Position numbers and translations under genes: made by a program | Notes under the pieces: generated by a model | Told to the model about the DNA's origin: nothing | What the model saw: only the letters and a program-made list of their open reading frames with translations | Databases searched by the model: none | Source: an uncultured Bacilli bacterium | Lineage (GTDB): Bacteria; Bacillota_I; Bacilli_A; RF39; UBA660 | Assembly (NCBI GenBank): GCA_934098665.1 | Contig: CAKOOO010000003.1 | Span: forward strand, 28,125-92,124 | DNA: 64,000 nt | Direction of reading: 5' to 3' | In this document: positions 1-10,916 of the stretch, in pieces | Position numbering within the stretch: the stretch's first letter is position 1 | Layout: each line of letters starts with the position of its first letter

Positions 1-139
1 GTTCAATTATAATATTTTTAGACCCAGCATCAATTGAATTTTCTGTAAGTTCCTTAACTATTGAGGCAAGTTTTTCAATAACTTCACCAGCCGCAATTTT
101 ATTTGCTAGGATTTCATCCATTACTCTTATTTTACTCAT
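1..139 (-). CDS. mutL: DNA mismatch repair protein MutL, first 46 codons (gene runs off the left edge)
   Basis: Partial, so absent from the ORF track. The minus-strand ATG at 139..137 gives [52 protein letters not shown] and KEL-EN-DAG are the GHKL ATPase motifs that open MutL. The start overlaps the yqeH stop. Confidence 0.7.
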   Translation of the reverse strand, partial: MSKIRVMDEILANKIAAGEVIEKLASIVKELTENSIDAGSKNIIIE

Positions 140-1022
140 AACTAGATATAATACTCCTTCTTAAATTATAGTTATCACTATTTATATAAATAATAGCTCC
201 TTTTTTAAAATAAATAAAATAATCATCAAATACTAAATCTATATTATCCTCTACCTTTAATGGTTTATATTTTTCTTTATTTTTATAAGTTTTTACAATT
301 GAATTTGTCATAAAAATACATAAATTTATGTCTTTTTCACTATAAAAAGAAGTTCCATCAATATTTAATTCAAAGCCTTTTTTTAATGTAACTGTTTTTT
401 GTTTTAAAATATTTTTATTTTTTTTAGTAACAACTTTTGTATCAAAACCGGGACTATCAATTATAGTAATATTTTCTTTACTAATTTCTATAAAATCAAG
501 TGTTGTATTTTTATAATGTGATACGGTAATATTTTCATTAAACAAGGTATTTATTAATGTTGATTTACCACTTGATACAATACCTGTAATTAATACTTTT
601 TTATGCTTTTCAATTAACGAAAGTAAATTATTTTTTAATTTTAAATTTTTATATGAAAATATTAAGGGGTTAATATTATAATTATTTTTAATATTTAAAA
701 TAACTTTTTCATATTTTATATTTTTAGGAAGAATATCAACTTTAGTAAGTACAAAAGTTTTATCATTTGTTATTTTATTATAAATATCTATTGTTTCATT
801 AGAAAGTGATAATGCATCACACAAAAATATCGTAAAAATATTTTTTTCATTAATGCTTTTAAGAAGTTTATCATTATCAATAATATCATTAAGTTCAACA
901 TTTTTATTATAATGAGTTAAATCAAAACATCTTTTACAAATATTACTTCCTTTTACTGCATAACCTATTTTTTTTTCATCAGTATATTGAAGTGTTTCTC
1001 CACATCCTTTACATTTATTCAT
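132..1022 (-). CDS. yqeH: Ribosome-biogenesis GTPase YqeH (circularly permuted GTPase with N-terminal zinc ribbon)
   Basis: N-terminal CKGCGETLQ...[11 protein letters not shown] zinc ribbon, TKVD (G4) placed before GIVSSGKST (G1), and position after yqeG as in Bacillus. Confidence 0.75.
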   Translation of the reverse strand: MNKCKGCGETLQYTDEKKIGYAVKGSNICKRCFDLTHYNKNVELNDIIDNDKLLKSINEKNIFTIFLCDALSLSNETIDIYNKITNDKTFVLTKVDILPKNIKYEKVILNIKNNYNINPLIFSYKNLKLKNNLLSLIEKHKKVLITGIVSSGKSTLINTLFNENITVSHYKNTTLDFIEISKENITIIDSPGFDTKVVTKKNKNILKQKTVTLKKGFELNIDGTSFYSEKDINLCIFMTNSIVKTYKNKEKYKPLKVEDNIDLVFDDYFIYFKKGAIIYINSDNYNLRRSIISSYE

Positions 1023-1533
1023 AATATACTCCTTTTTTAAGTACCCCAGTTTTACCTAATTTTTTGTATATAAATTTTTCAAAAAAACGATTAATTTTTG
1101 TTCCAAAAGGTTCAAATGCTCCGATAGGATTTACTAAAACACTTACACTTTCATTTCTATTTGCTCCGAAAATATCTGTTATAAGTTGGTCTCCTACAAA
1201 AGCAATTTCTTCGCTTTTAAGTTTATAAATACGCATAACTTTTTTATATTTTTTTAAAAATGGTTTTCTTGATAAATAAGATGTATCCAAATTAAGAATT
1301 TCCTTAAAAGGTGTTAATCTTTTTTTAGAGGCATTAGAAAAGATAATAACTTTAAAGTCATCAGAAATAATTGAAAGAAGTTCTTTTATCTCATCTGAGG
1401 GAACATCTTCTTTATAAGATGCAAGTGTATTGTCTAAATCAAAGGCAATACACTTAATTTTCATCTTTTTAAGTTTTTTATAATTAATATCAAATATGCT
1501 TTTATAATACATATCTGGAATAAATTTATCCAT
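1015..1533 (-). CDS. yqeG: YqeG-family HAD-IIIA phosphatase
   Basis: AFDLDNTL HAD motif I and VGDQLITDI motif IV, ~170 aa, 8-nt overlap with yqeH. Confidence 0.75.
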   Translation of the reverse strand: MDKFIPDMYYKSIFDINYKKLKKMKIKCIAFDLDNTLASYKEDVPSDEIKELLSIISDDFKVIIFSNASKKRLTPFKEILNLDTSYLSRKPFLKKYKKVMRIYKLKSEEIAFVGDQLITDIFGANRNESVSVLVNPIGAFEPFGTKINRFFEKFIYKKLGKTGVLKKGVYYE

Positions 1534-1544
1534 AATAATCCTTT

Positions 1545-4500
1545 CTAAAATAAACTTAATTGGCTACTTTCAGGCATTCCATTAAAAATACCCATCATCC
1601 TCATTTTATCAATAAGAGTTGTTGACACTTTACATCTTGACTGAAAATCTTCGATGGAAATAAACGGATGTTTTTTAGCTTCATTTTCGATATTTTTAGC
1701 AACTGTTTCACCAAGTCCATCAATTGTAATAAATGGTGGTATTAAACTTTTATCATCTTTTACATCAAAGGTCATTGCTTTACTTTTATATAGGTCAAAA
1801 GGAAGTACTTTAAGTCCCCTTGCGCTCATTTCTAGTGCTACAGATAAACTTTCAAGTGTTCCACTATCTTTGTTTGTGGCATCAAAGCCTTTATTTCTTA
1901 TATCAATAATTCTTTCTTTAATATCATCGTAACCTTTTATCATTGCCTCAATATCAAATGCAGTTGCCTTTGTTGAAAACCAAGATGCATAAAAGTATAC
2001 TGGCATATGTACTTTATACCAAGCAATTCTAAATGCTGATGTAACGTATGCTGCAGCGTGAGCTTTTGGAAACATATACTTGATTTTTTGGCAAGAATTT
2101 ATGAACCAATCTTCAATACCGGCATCAATCATTGTTTTTTTATGTTCCTCCCAAGTTGCGGGATCTTTTGAGGCTTTTCCTTTACGAACAAATTCCATTA
2201 TCTTAAAGGCTTTAATAGGTTTAACTCCATGATAAATTAAATATACCATAATATCATCACGACATCCGATAACCTCTTTAAAAGGAACAATATTATTTTT
2301 AATTAGTTCTTGAGCATTACCAAGCCATACATCTGTACCATGAGAAAGGCCTGCAATTTTAACAAGTTCGGCAAAAGTTGTTGGTTTAATTTCTGAAACC
2401 ATGCCTATTGTAAAGTTTGTACCAAATTCAGGTATACCTAAAGTACCTGTTGGACACATAATTTGTTCATTTGTTACGCCAAGAACCTGTGTTGAAGAAA
2501 ATATAGACATTGTATCTTTATCATCAAGTGGTACTTTTGAAACGTCAGTTTTTGATAAATCTTGAATAAGGCGAAGCTGCGTTGGATCTGAGTGGCCTAA
2601 AATATCAAGCTTTAATAGGTCTTCCTCGATTGAATGGTAATCAAAATGGGTTGTTCTCCATGCACTTTCTGGGTCATCTGCGGGAAATTGAAATGGTGTA
2701 AAATCAGATACTTCCATATAATCTGGGACAACAACTATTCCTCCGGGATGCTGACCTGTGGTTCTTTTTACACCAGTACAACCCATGGCAAGACGCTCTA
2801 TTTCCACACTACTTTTATTCATTATACCTTTATCTTCGAAATAACCCTTTACAAAACCATAAGCTGTTTTTTCCGCAACAGTACCAATTGTTCCTGCACG
2901 GTAAACATTATCAACACCGAATAAAACTTTTGTATATTCATGGGCACTTGCTTGATTTAAATCAGAGAAGTTTAAGTCGATATCAGGAACTTTATCAGCA
3001 TTAAAACCTAAAAATGTTGCAAATGGCATGTCCTGACCATCTTTTTTCATCATTTCTCCACAGTTAGGACATTTCTTATCTGGAAGGTCAAATCCTGATG
3101 AATATGTTGCTCCCAAAGTATTACCATCTTCCGAATTGAAAATTGAAGTTTTACATTTTAAACATCTATAGTGAGCAGAAAGTGGATTAACTTCAGTTAT
3201 ACCCATCATCGTAGCCACAAAAGAGGAACCTACTGAACCTCGGGAACCTACTAAAAAGCCTTCATCATTTGAGTGTTTAACAAGTCTTTGTGCAATAAGA
3301 TAAATTGGATCAAACCCTCCTCCAATAATACCACCTAAAGTTTTCTTAACTTTTTTCTTAATTGCATCTTCTGTTTTTTCTCCATCATCTTCTGTCCAAT
3401 GACTTTCAACATACTCTGTAACAATTTCATTTACTTTATCATAGCCTGTAATAATTGTTTCATGTAAATTTTTATATGTTTCTTTAGTAAGCATTTCTTC
3501 AGAAATATCAGGATTATCATTTTTTAATTTTTCATGCCAATATGTATAAACTATATCACCATAAAGTTCTTTAGCAATTCTTTCTTCAATATTATATGGT
3601 AAACTTTTACCATACCAAGAGGAAGCTTTATCATATACAAGGTCAGTTACAACTCTTTTACAGTCTAAATAACTTTTACCATCATCACTTCTTACTCTTG
3701 GTGAAAATGGTACTCCATGAGTATCAATAATAACCTCAATTTCTTCGACCATATCTAATACTTTATTAGTATTTTCAACAACAATTTCATAAGCAAGAGC
3801 ACTATCTAAAAAGTTAAAATCATTAAGCATTTCTTCAGTTGTTCTAAAATGCATTGAGGGAATTACTTTAATTTTATCTTTTGCAAGAGGATGTCTTCCA
3901 CCTCCAGGTACTTTTTGATTAATAATAATTTCACGGTATATTTTATCTTCCCTAGAAAAATGATGTACATCTCCTGTAGCAACAATAATTTTGCCATTTT
4001 TCTTTGTTTCATTAATAATTTTCTTCAAATGATTTTCAAGTTCATAATCATTTTTAAAATCACCAGTCTGAATTAAATGACCATAACACTCTTTAGGTTG
4101 AACTTCAACATAGTCATAAAAACCTATAATAGATACAAGGTCATCACTTGATTTACTTCTTGATTCAATAAAAACTTCACTTTCATAGCAACCACTACCA
4201 ATAAGTAAGCCCTCTCTAAGCTCATTTAAAACACTTCTTGGTATTCTAGGTGTTTTATATAAATAAGTTGTATTTGCAAGCGAAATTATTTTAAATAAAT
4301 TTTTAAGTCCTACTCTATTTTTAGCTATTGCATTAAAATGATATGTTCTACCAAATTTAAATAGTTCTTCTTTAGAAACTAAATTTTGAAGTTCATTAAC
4401 ATTATAAATTTTTTCATTTTCAAGTTTACCTATCATTTTATAGAAAACAAGTGCAGTCCCTTCAGCATCATAATCAGCACGGTGATGAGAATTTTCATCA

Positions 4501-6131
4501 AAAGGAACATTATATCTTTTTACTAATGCTGATAAACTATGACGAGCAAAACCTCTGTCAAGTGAACGAGAAAGTTCTAATGTATCAATAACAGCATTTG
4601 TAAATTTACCTAAATTATATTTTTTCATAGCCATTTCAATAAATGATATATCAAATTTTGCATTATGAGCAACCATAGGAAGGTCACCTGTCCACTCTAA
4701 AAATCTTTTTGTAACATTTTCTTCCGTGTCAGCACCAGATACCATATCATCAGATATTTCAGTTAAAGCTGTTATATTATCTGGTATATGAAAGCCTGGG
4801 TTAATAAATTCGTCAAATCTATCAGTAATTACTCCATCTTCAATTTTTACTGCCCCAATTTCGATCATTACATCTCCTGAAGCAGCATTAAATCCAGTTG
4901 TTTCTGTATCAAATACCACAAAAGTACTTGTTTTAAGTGGAGCATCAATTGGAGATTTTACAATACTTACAACATCATCCACAAGAGTAAGTTCTGTTCC
5001 ATATAAACCCTTAAAATGTTTACTAGGATCTTCAATTTTTTTATTATATGCTTTAATAAGTTGATAAGCAATTGGAAAACCTTGACAACCGTTATGGTCT
5101 GTTATAGCAACGCCCCTGTAACCCATATTTATCGCATTAGTAACAAGCTCATTTGTATGTTTTGCTAAATCTACTTTAGTTACACCATCCATCTGACTCA
5201 TCATGGTATGAGCATGAAGTTCTACTCTTTTAACTTCAGCATTATCAGTAACCTGCACATCTTTTGAGGCAATTTTTTCAATAGAACGTGGTTCAATTAT
5301 AAATGAATGAAGATAATCATCCATTTTAACACTGCCAAAAACTCTAATCCACTCACCCATTGTAAGTTTTCCCATAATACTATCATTTTCATCTTTATCA
5401 AATTTAACTATTTTCATTAAATAGCTATCTGTTTTATCAGAAACCTTCAAATTATTAATATAAAATGGGCCTTTTTTACCTTGTCTTTCAACTGTTTCTA
5501 TTCCAAAAATATATACCTCTAAAATAATATTTTTTGCTTCCGAAGAAATATCAATTAATTTAGTTACATCACCGTTTACATGAGCCCCAATAACCATTGG
5601 ATTTGATTTTGGTTTAATGCTATCAACACTTTCCATTTCTTTTTCAATTTCTTCTTTGACTTTTTTAGAATTTTCATCATCAAGCGCTATTATAATATCT
5701 TTATTTACAATACCATATTTTCTAAATAATTCATTTATTTTTTTTAAATCTTGTTCAAGCATTTTTCTTTCAATAGAAAAATTTACCACAATAATTATAT
5801 TTTTTCCATCAACTTTTACTTTTAAATCTTTTAAAGATGGTTTATCTTTATAAAAATCATCTATAATATAATTTAAATATATTTCAAGAAGATCTTCATC
5901 TTCATTTTCAAATACTAAAGTTACAAAACACTCAGATATACCCTTTATTTTGTTGTTACACGCTAAAAAAAGAGCATCAACATCTTTTTTATCTATAATA
6001 TTTGGGCATGATAAAATTACATTATATATTTTACTTGCTCTATTAAATATAACTTTTTTTACAGTAGTTCCTATAAAAGCATCACTACTATATTTTATAC
6101 TATCAAAAAATCTTTGTACTTCATCATTCAT
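1545..6131 (-). CDS. polC: DNA polymerase III PolC-type (PHP, 3'-5' exonuclease and polymerase domains)
   Basis: 1528 aa. VELHAHTMMS PHP motif, FVVFDTETTG and HNAKFD exonuclease motifs, Cys4 zinc module CLKC...CPNC. Confidence 0.97.
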   Translation of the reverse strand: MNDEVQRFFDSIKYSSDAFIGTTVKKVIFNRASKIYNVILSCPNIIDKKDVDALFLACNNKIKGISECFVTLVFENEDEDLLEIYLNYIIDDFYKDKPSLKDLKVKVDGKNIIIVVNFSIERKMLEQDLKKINELFRKYGIVNKDIIIALDDENSKKVKEEIEKEMESVDSIKPKSNPMVIGAHVNGDVTKLIDISSEAKNIILEVYIFGIETVERQGKKGPFYINNLKVSDKTDSYLMKIVKFDKDENDSIMGKLTMGEWIRVFGSVKMDDYLHSFIIEPRSIEKIASKDVQVTDNAEVKRVELHAHTMMSQMDGVTKVDLAKHTNELVTNAINMGYRGVAITDHNGCQGFPIAYQLIKAYNKKIEDPSKHFKGLYGTELTLVDDVVSIVKSPIDAPLKTSTFVVFDTETTGFNAASGDVMIEIGAVKIEDGVITDRFDEFINPGFHIPDNITALTEISDDMVSGADTEENVTKRFLEWTGDLPMVAHNAKFDISFIEMAMKKYNLGKFTNAVIDTLELSRSLDRGFARHSLSALVKRYNVPFDENSHHRADYDAEGTALVFYKMIGKLENEKIYNVNELQNLVSKEELFKFGRTYHFNAIAKNRVGLKNLFKIISLANTTYLYKTPRIPRSVLNELREGLLIGSGCYESEVFIESRSKSSDDLVSIIGFYDYVEVQPKECYGHLIQTGDFKNDYELENHLKKIINETKKNGKIIVATGDVHHFSREDKIYREIIINQKVPGGGRHPLAKDKIKVIPSMHFRTTEEMLNDFNFLDSALAYEIVVENTNKVLDMVEEIEVIIDTHGVPFSPRVRSDDGKSYLDCKRVVTDLVYDKASSWYGKSLPYNIEERIAKELYGDIVYTYWHEKLKNDNPDISEEMLTKETYKNLHETIITGYDKVNEIVTEYVESHWTEDDGEKTEDAIKKKVKKTLGGIIGGGFDPIYLIAQRLVKHSNDEGFLVGSRGSVGSSFVATMMGITEVNPLSAHYRCLKCKTSIFNSEDGNTLGATYSSGFDLPDKKCPNCGEMMKKDGQDMPFATFLGFNADKVPDIDLNFSDLNQASAHEYTKVLFGVDNVYRAGTIGTVAEKTAYGFVKGYFEDKGIMNKSSVEIERLAMGCTGVKRTTGQHPGGIVVVPDYMEVSDFTPFQFPADDPESAWRTTHFDYHSIEEDLLKLDILGHSDPTQLRLIQDLSKTDVSKVPLDDKDTMSIFSSTQVLGVTNEQIMCPTGTLGIPEFGTNFTIGMVSEIKPTTFAELVKIAGLSHGTDVWLGNAQELIKNNIVPFKEVIGCRDDIMVYLIYHGVKPIKAFKIMEFVRKGKASKDPATWEEHKKTMIDAGIEDWFINSCQKIKYMFPKAHAAAYVTSAFRIAWYKVHMPVYFYASWFSTKATAFDIEAMIKGYDDIKERIIDIRNKGFDATNKDSGTLESLSVALEMSARGLKVLPFDLYKSKAMTFDVKDDKSLIPPFITIDGLGETVAKNIENEAKKHPFISIEDFQSRCKVSTTLIDKMRMMGIFNGMPESSQLSLF

Positions 6132-6140
6132 ATTTTTCTA

Positions 6141-8960
6141 TCACTTTCTTTTTATATTATTAACTAAAACGCTTATTTTGTCAAACCTCTTTGACACCTT
6201 TACGTTAAATAAAATAATATCTTTTTCTTTTATATTTTTATTTTTTTCAAATATATTACTGAAAACGGTTAACTCTATTTTACCTGTTTCATCTTCAGCG
6301 CATATAAAAGCCATATCCATACCTTTTTTATCTTTAATAACTTTTACTTTCTTTACTAAAAGTATCATATCAATATTTTTAAATAAATATTTTTCTATAT
6401 CAATTACTTTTATAACATTTTTATATTTACTACAAGGATGATTTGTTATATAAATTCCATAAGAAGTAAGTTCAAAATCATATAAAATATTATTATCATA
6501 TTCATCATAATATGTTATAACAGGTTTAGGTAAAGATATATCGTTAAGTACACCATAGTTATATAATACTTCATAATTTAAAATTAAAGTTTTTTTATTT
6601 ATTTTAAAGTCTTCGAGTAAAGATGAATATACCAAAATTTTATATATATCTTCGTTTATAAAACTATTTGTTTTTATTATAAAATCATATATATCTTTAA
6701 AACCATTTTTACGTGCATTTATAATATTAGAAATTATTTCATTATTTAATCCCTTAACAGATGTAAAAGGAAGTAAAACATAATTATTTTTTATAATGTA
6801 ATTTATTCCAGAAACATTAATATTTGGTTTTAATAATTTATAACCTTTTTGTTTTAAAAATGCATAATACTCACTTATTTTACTTACATCTTTATTATTT
6901 TCTAAGAAATATAATGTAAACTCCACTGGATAATTTGCCTTTAAAAAGGCCATTTGATAAGCTAAAATAGCATAAGCAACACTATGTGATTTATTAAAGC
7001 CAAAACTACCAAACTTTTTAACTTTCATAAATAAGTTATTAACAAAGTCTATGTTATATCCATTTTTTTTAGCACCACTTATAAATTTTTCATAAGATGC
7101 ATTAATTAACTTTTCATTTTTTTTAGAAATTGCACTTCTTATATCATCAGCTTCGAATAAAGAAAAACCACCAATTACTTCGAAAATTTTCATAACTTGT
7201 TCTTGATATATTATTGTTCCATAAGTTTCACTTAATATTTTTCTTAAGTTTTCATCTTTAATAGTTATATTACTTTCCTTATTTTTTTGATATTCTTCGA
7301 TTTGACTATTTGCCCCAGGTCTTACAAGAGCAAGAGCTATAATAAGTTCATTAAACGAAGATATTTTTATTTTTTTTAACACCTGTTTAGCATAGCTAGA
7401 TTCAAACTGAAATATATCATCAGTATCTGCTTTTGTAAATATTTCTAGTGTCTTTTTATCATCATATGAAATTTTATTAATATCAAAATTAGGTATTTTT
7501 TTACTTACACCTGAAATAATTGAAAGTTTTTCAAGTGCTAAAAAGTCCATTTTTAAAAAGCCCATTTTTTCTAGATAAGACATTTCTATACCTGTTTTTA
7601 ATGTTCCATTATCATTACTTATCGGGATATATTTTCCTATTTTATCATCTGATATAATTACACCTGCTGCATGAGTTGAAGTATTTTTCTTTAATCCTTC
7701 GAAAGAAATAGCCACTTTATATAAATTATTTAAATCTGGATAAATATCTAAATATTTTTTTACTTTTTCATTTAATATATTTTCTTTTAAAGATTTATTA
7801 CTATCAACATTTTTAATAAATTTTTCAAATAAATCTTTATTAGTATTAAGTACTTTAGACAAATCCCTTAAAATAAGTTTTGCTTTATAATTATTAAATG
7901 TTAGACCTACGGCAACTTTACTGGCACCATATTTATTTTTTACATATTCTATCATCAAAGGACGTTTACTTGCTTCGAAGTCAATATCTATATCAGGCAT
8001 TTTTTTACGATTAATATTTAAAAATCTTTCAAAAAGTAAATTATATTTTATAGGATCTATATTAGTAATTCCAAGACAGTAACTAACTAAACTTCCTGCA
8101 GCACTACCTCTTCCTGGGCCTACCATAATATCATTTTTTTTAGCATATAAAACATAATCATATACAATTAAAAAATATGATACAAACCCCATTTTATTAA
8201 TTATATCAAGTTCATAATTTAATCTATTTAAATAAATATCATTGATATTTCCGAGTCTTTTTTTTAGTCCTAAAAAAGAAAGTTTTTTTAAATATGAAAA
8301 GTCTTTCCCCTCGAAAGATGGAATATGTTTCATATCAAAAGGTATTTCAAGATTTATTTTGCTTACAAAATCCTGCACATTTTTAATTTCTTCATTATCA
8401 CCATTTTTATAAAAAGAGTTTTCATTATAAAAAAATTCATTATTAAGTAGTTTTAAATATTTTAGATTAACTAAATCCTTTTCATATAAACATCTTATAT
8501 TATTTACATATAATGCATTCTCCGTTAAAAGAAGACTTCCAGTTTTTTCACTTAATTTACTATAACCAATATATACATTTTCTTTAGGAAGATGCTCAAA
8601 TAAATCAATACTTGCATAAGGTAAAATTATTAAAACATTGGGATCTATAATTTTTTTAATATCTAAATTATTTTTCATGTAATCAATTTGTAATAATTTT
8701 TGATAACCTAAATAGTTTTTTGCATATAAATATACATGTAAATTATTTATAACAACATCAAGACCAATAATTGGTTTAATACTATTTTCTTTACATTTTA
8801 AGTAAAACTCCATAAAACCATTTAAATTATCATCACATATTGCACATGAAGTTATATTATTTTGCACTAAAAAAGAAATTAAATCAGGTAACTTAATTAA
8901 ACTTTTTAAAAGTGAATACTCAGTTGTAATTTTAAGTGGTATTAATTTCTCTTGTTTCAT
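6141..8960 (-). CDS. dnaE: DNA polymerase III alpha subunit DnaE
   Basis: 939 aa. VGPGRGSAAGSLVSYCLGIT and PDIDIDF polymerase-core motifs, C-terminal OB-fold region. Confidence 0.95.
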   Translation of the reverse strand: MKQEKLIPLKITTEYSLLKSLIKLPDLISFLVQNNITSCAICDDNLNGFMEFYLKCKENSIKPIIGLDVVINNLHVYLYAKNYLGYQKLLQIDYMKNNLDIKKIIDPNVLIILPYASIDLFEHLPKENVYIGYSKLSEKTGSLLLTENALYVNNIRCLYEKDLVNLKYLKLLNNEFFYNENSFYKNGDNEEIKNVQDFVSKINLEIPFDMKHIPSFEGKDFSYLKKLSFLGLKKRLGNINDIYLNRLNYELDIINKMGFVSYFLIVYDYVLYAKKNDIMVGPGRGSAAGSLVSYCLGITNIDPIKYNLLFERFLNINRKKMPDIDIDFEASKRPLMIEYVKNKYGASKVAVGLTFNNYKAKLILRDLSKVLNTNKDLFEKFIKNVDSNKSLKENILNEKVKKYLDIYPDLNNLYKVAISFEGLKKNTSTHAAGVIISDDKIGKYIPISNDNGTLKTGIEMSYLEKMGFLKMDFLALEKLSIISGVSKKIPNFDINKISYDDKKTLEIFTKADTDDIFQFESSYAKQVLKKIKISSFNELIIALALVRPGANSQIEEYQKNKESNITIKDENLRKILSETYGTIIYQEQVMKIFEVIGGFSLFEADDIRSAISKKNEKLINASYEKFISGAKKNGYNIDFVNNLFMKVKKFGSFGFNKSHSVAYAILAYQMAFLKANYPVEFTLYFLENNKDVSKISEYYAFLKQKGYKLLKPNINVSGINYIIKNNYVLLPFTSVKGLNNEIISNIINARKNGFKDIYDFIIKTNSFINEDIYKILVYSSLLEDFKINKKTLILNYEVLYNYGVLNDISLPKPVITYYDEYDNNILYDFELTSYGIYITNHPCSKYKNVIKVIDIEKYLFKNIDMILLVKKVKVIKDKKGMDMAFICAEDETGKIELTVFSNIFEKNKNIKEKDIILFNVKVSKRFDKISVLVNNIKRK

Positions 8961-9011
8961 AATTTAATTTTATCATTATTATAAATAAATATCTAGAATT
9001 AAGTTATTAAT

Positions 9012-9173
9012 TTAACCAATATGATATGGATTTGAAAAGCTTCCATCTCCACCCACAATTTTTAATGTTCCACTATCTAAATAGAAAGTTGGACGAACAG
9101 AATACTTTATAGATTGGACAGTACCATTTTCTAAAGAAAGTAACTTTACAAAATTACTTTGTGATGTAAAAAG
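9012..9173 (-). pseudogene. Orphan 3' remnant (53 codons) of the surface-protein paralogue family
   Basis: The minus frame between an upstream TAG (9176..9174) and TAA (9014..9012) reads LFTSQSNFVKLLSLENGTVQSIKYSVRPTFYLDSGTLKIVGGDGSFSNPYHIG. This matches the shared C-terminal signature (V/T)RP-x7-12-(S/G)G-x-G-x4-NPY of the ORFs at 29075, 31141, 41445 and 42561. It has no start codon and no upstream body. Confidence 0.65.
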
Positions 9174-9239
9174 CTAGTGATTATTATTATTTTTTATTTT
9201 GTTTAAGTATAAATTACAAATAGTTTTTGTCTTGATTTA

Positions 9240-9268
9240 TTGTAATTTATTATTTTAGTTGCTATAAT
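9240..9268 (+). promoter_or_regulatory. Sigma-A-type promoter for prsA
   Basis: TTGTAA (9240-9245), 17-nt spacer, TGcTATAAT extended -10 (TATAAT at 9263-9268), ~19 nt upstream of the start. Confidence 0.55.
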
Positions 9269-9286
9269 TAGTTTATGGAGGTAAAA

Positions 9287-10315
9287 ATGAAAAAGAAAAT
9301 AGTATTAGCTATGGCACTTACTCTACTTTTAACAGGATGTGGAAAAGTACCAAAACTAGAAAATGGAAAGGATGCAGTAGTTAGTTTTGAAAATGGTGAT
9401 AAAATCAGTGTAGATGATTTATATAACGAGTTAAAGGACAAATATGCACTATCTATACTTATAAATATGATAGATAAAAAAGTTTTAGAGGAAACTTTCC
9501 CTGATAACAAAGAAAAAGCTGAAAAAGCTGCAGAAAGTTATGTTAGTGCTTTAAAAGAAAATTATGAAACTGAAGAAAAATTTTTAGCGGCAATACAGCA
9601 ATATTATGGATATTCTACAATTGATGAATATAAAGCACAAGTATATTTAAGTCATATGCAGTCTTACGCTGTTGAAGCTTATGCCAAAGATAAACTAACT
9701 GATAGTGAAATTGAAAGCTACTACAAGGATATGAAACCAGATATTGAAGTTAATCACATTTTAATTACACCACAGGTTACTGACAAAATGAGTGATGATG
9801 AAAAGAAAAAAGCCGAAACTGAAGCAGAAACAAAAGCAAAGTCAATTATCGAAGAACTTAAAAAATTAGTTAAAGATGGTAAAAGTGTAAATGATGCCTT
9901 TACTGAACTTGCTAAAAAGTATTCTGAAGATGAAGCCACTAAAGAAAAAGGCGGATCACTTGGACAAATTAATGAAACTACCCTTGGAAGTAATTACACT
10001 AATTTAGTTAAAGAAGCTTACGAGTTAAAGGATAATGCATATAGTACTAAAGTTATCAAAACAGAACTTGGTTATCATGTAATTATGAGAGCTAAAACTT
10101 ATGATAAAAAAGAGTTAAAGGATGTTAAAGATCAAATAATCGAAACACTTGCTAAAAATAAAGTTAGCAAAGATAATACTATAGCAGTTAATGCTTTACA
10201 ACATTATCGTAAAGAAAAAGGTGTTAAAATCGAAGATGACACTTTAGCAACACAATATTCTAACTATATTTCAAATACACTTGCATCATTAACTCAAAAA
10301 GATAATTCAAAATAA
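9287..10315 (+). CDS. prsA: Foldase lipoprotein PrsA (parvulin-type peptidyl-prolyl isomerase)
   Basis: The start is moved from 9275 to the ATG at 9287, because the GGAGG lies inside the track ORF. MKKKIVLAMALTLLLTGC lipobox; VNHILI...GGSLG...GYHVI parvulin core. Confidence 0.85.
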   Translation: MKKKIVLAMALTLLLTGCGKVPKLENGKDAVVSFENGDKISVDDLYNELKDKYALSILINMIDKKVLEETFPDNKEKAEKAAESYVSALKENYETEEKFLAAIQQYYGYSTIDEYKAQVYLSHMQSYAVEAYAKDKLTDSEIESYYKDMKPDIEVNHILITPQVTDKMSDDEKKKAETEAETKAKSIIEELKKLVKDGKSVNDAFTELAKKYSEDEATKEKGGSLGQINETTLGSNYTNLVKEAYELKDNAYSTKVIKTELGYHVIMRAKTYDKKELKDVKDQIIETLAKNKVSKDNTIAVNALQHYRKEKGVKIEDDTLATQYSNYISNTLASLTQKDNSK

Positions 10316-10372
10316 GGTATCAATGTAATGATTACCTTTTTTTTTGCCTCATAAACTATAGTATGGAGGTTT

Positions 10373-10858
10373 ATGAAAGAAATTGTAAATAGTTTCACAG
10401 TTACTGGAAACATTCTTAACTTAAATACCTTGATAACTTCAAATGAAGTTATTATTAATGCAATTGATAATTTAATGATTACCAAAAGTGCAAATAAATC
10501 TATTTGGGAAAATGGTATTTTAACGTATACAATTACGATTACAAATAATAGTGATAATATCATTACAAATAATTTTAGTGATATAATTAACCCATCTTAT
10601 GCAAGTTTAATTACTAATTTAGTCTTTTTAAATAATAACGTGCCTTCATTTAATTATAATAAACTAACTGGCTTATTAGAAATTAATGATATAATAATTA
10701 ATCCAAATGAAAGCGTTATAATATCATACTCTGTAAGTAAAAAATCAAATGACTTTTTTGTTTTAAATAATACCGCTACTTTTAATAACATTAAAAGTAA
10801 TACAGTTAAAGTAACAAGTATATTAATTAGAAATTGTAATAATTTTGCAAAAAGATAG
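10373..10858 (+). CDS. Small DUF11-type (conserved repeat domain, Ig-like) protein without a signal peptide
   Basis: GGAGG RBS. MITKSANKSIWENGILTYTITITNNS...VIISYSV follows the DUF11/TIGR01451 pattern as recalled (K-x-a-d-K...G-x-hTYThThtN...). No N-terminal hydrophobic segment. Confidence 0.55.
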   Translation: MKEIVNSFTVTGNILNLNTLITSNEVIINAIDNLMITKSANKSIWENGILTYTITITNNSDNIITNNFSDIINPSYASLITNLVFLNNNVPSFNYNKLTGLLEINDIIINPNESVIISYSVSKKSNDFFVLNNTATFNNIKSNTVKVTSILIRNCNNFAKR

Positions 10859-10916
10859 GTTTATTTAATTAATTAGTATAATATATTTTACATATAAATA
10901 TTATGGAGGTAATAAA

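Noticed and set aside
1654-6441. Plus-strand ORFs inside or antisense to polC and dnaE (1654..1932, 2634..2924, 3891..4076, 5617..5853, 5950..6441)
   Set aside because: These are low-complexity Ser/Phe/Ile/Leu-rich translations. They are the mirror frames of long, well-supported minus-strand genes in an AT-rich genome. None has an RBS or a motif.
9268-9939. Minus-strand ORFs 9268..9510 and 9754..9939
   Set aside because: They are antisense shadows of prsA, with Ser/Phe-rich low complexity and no RBS.
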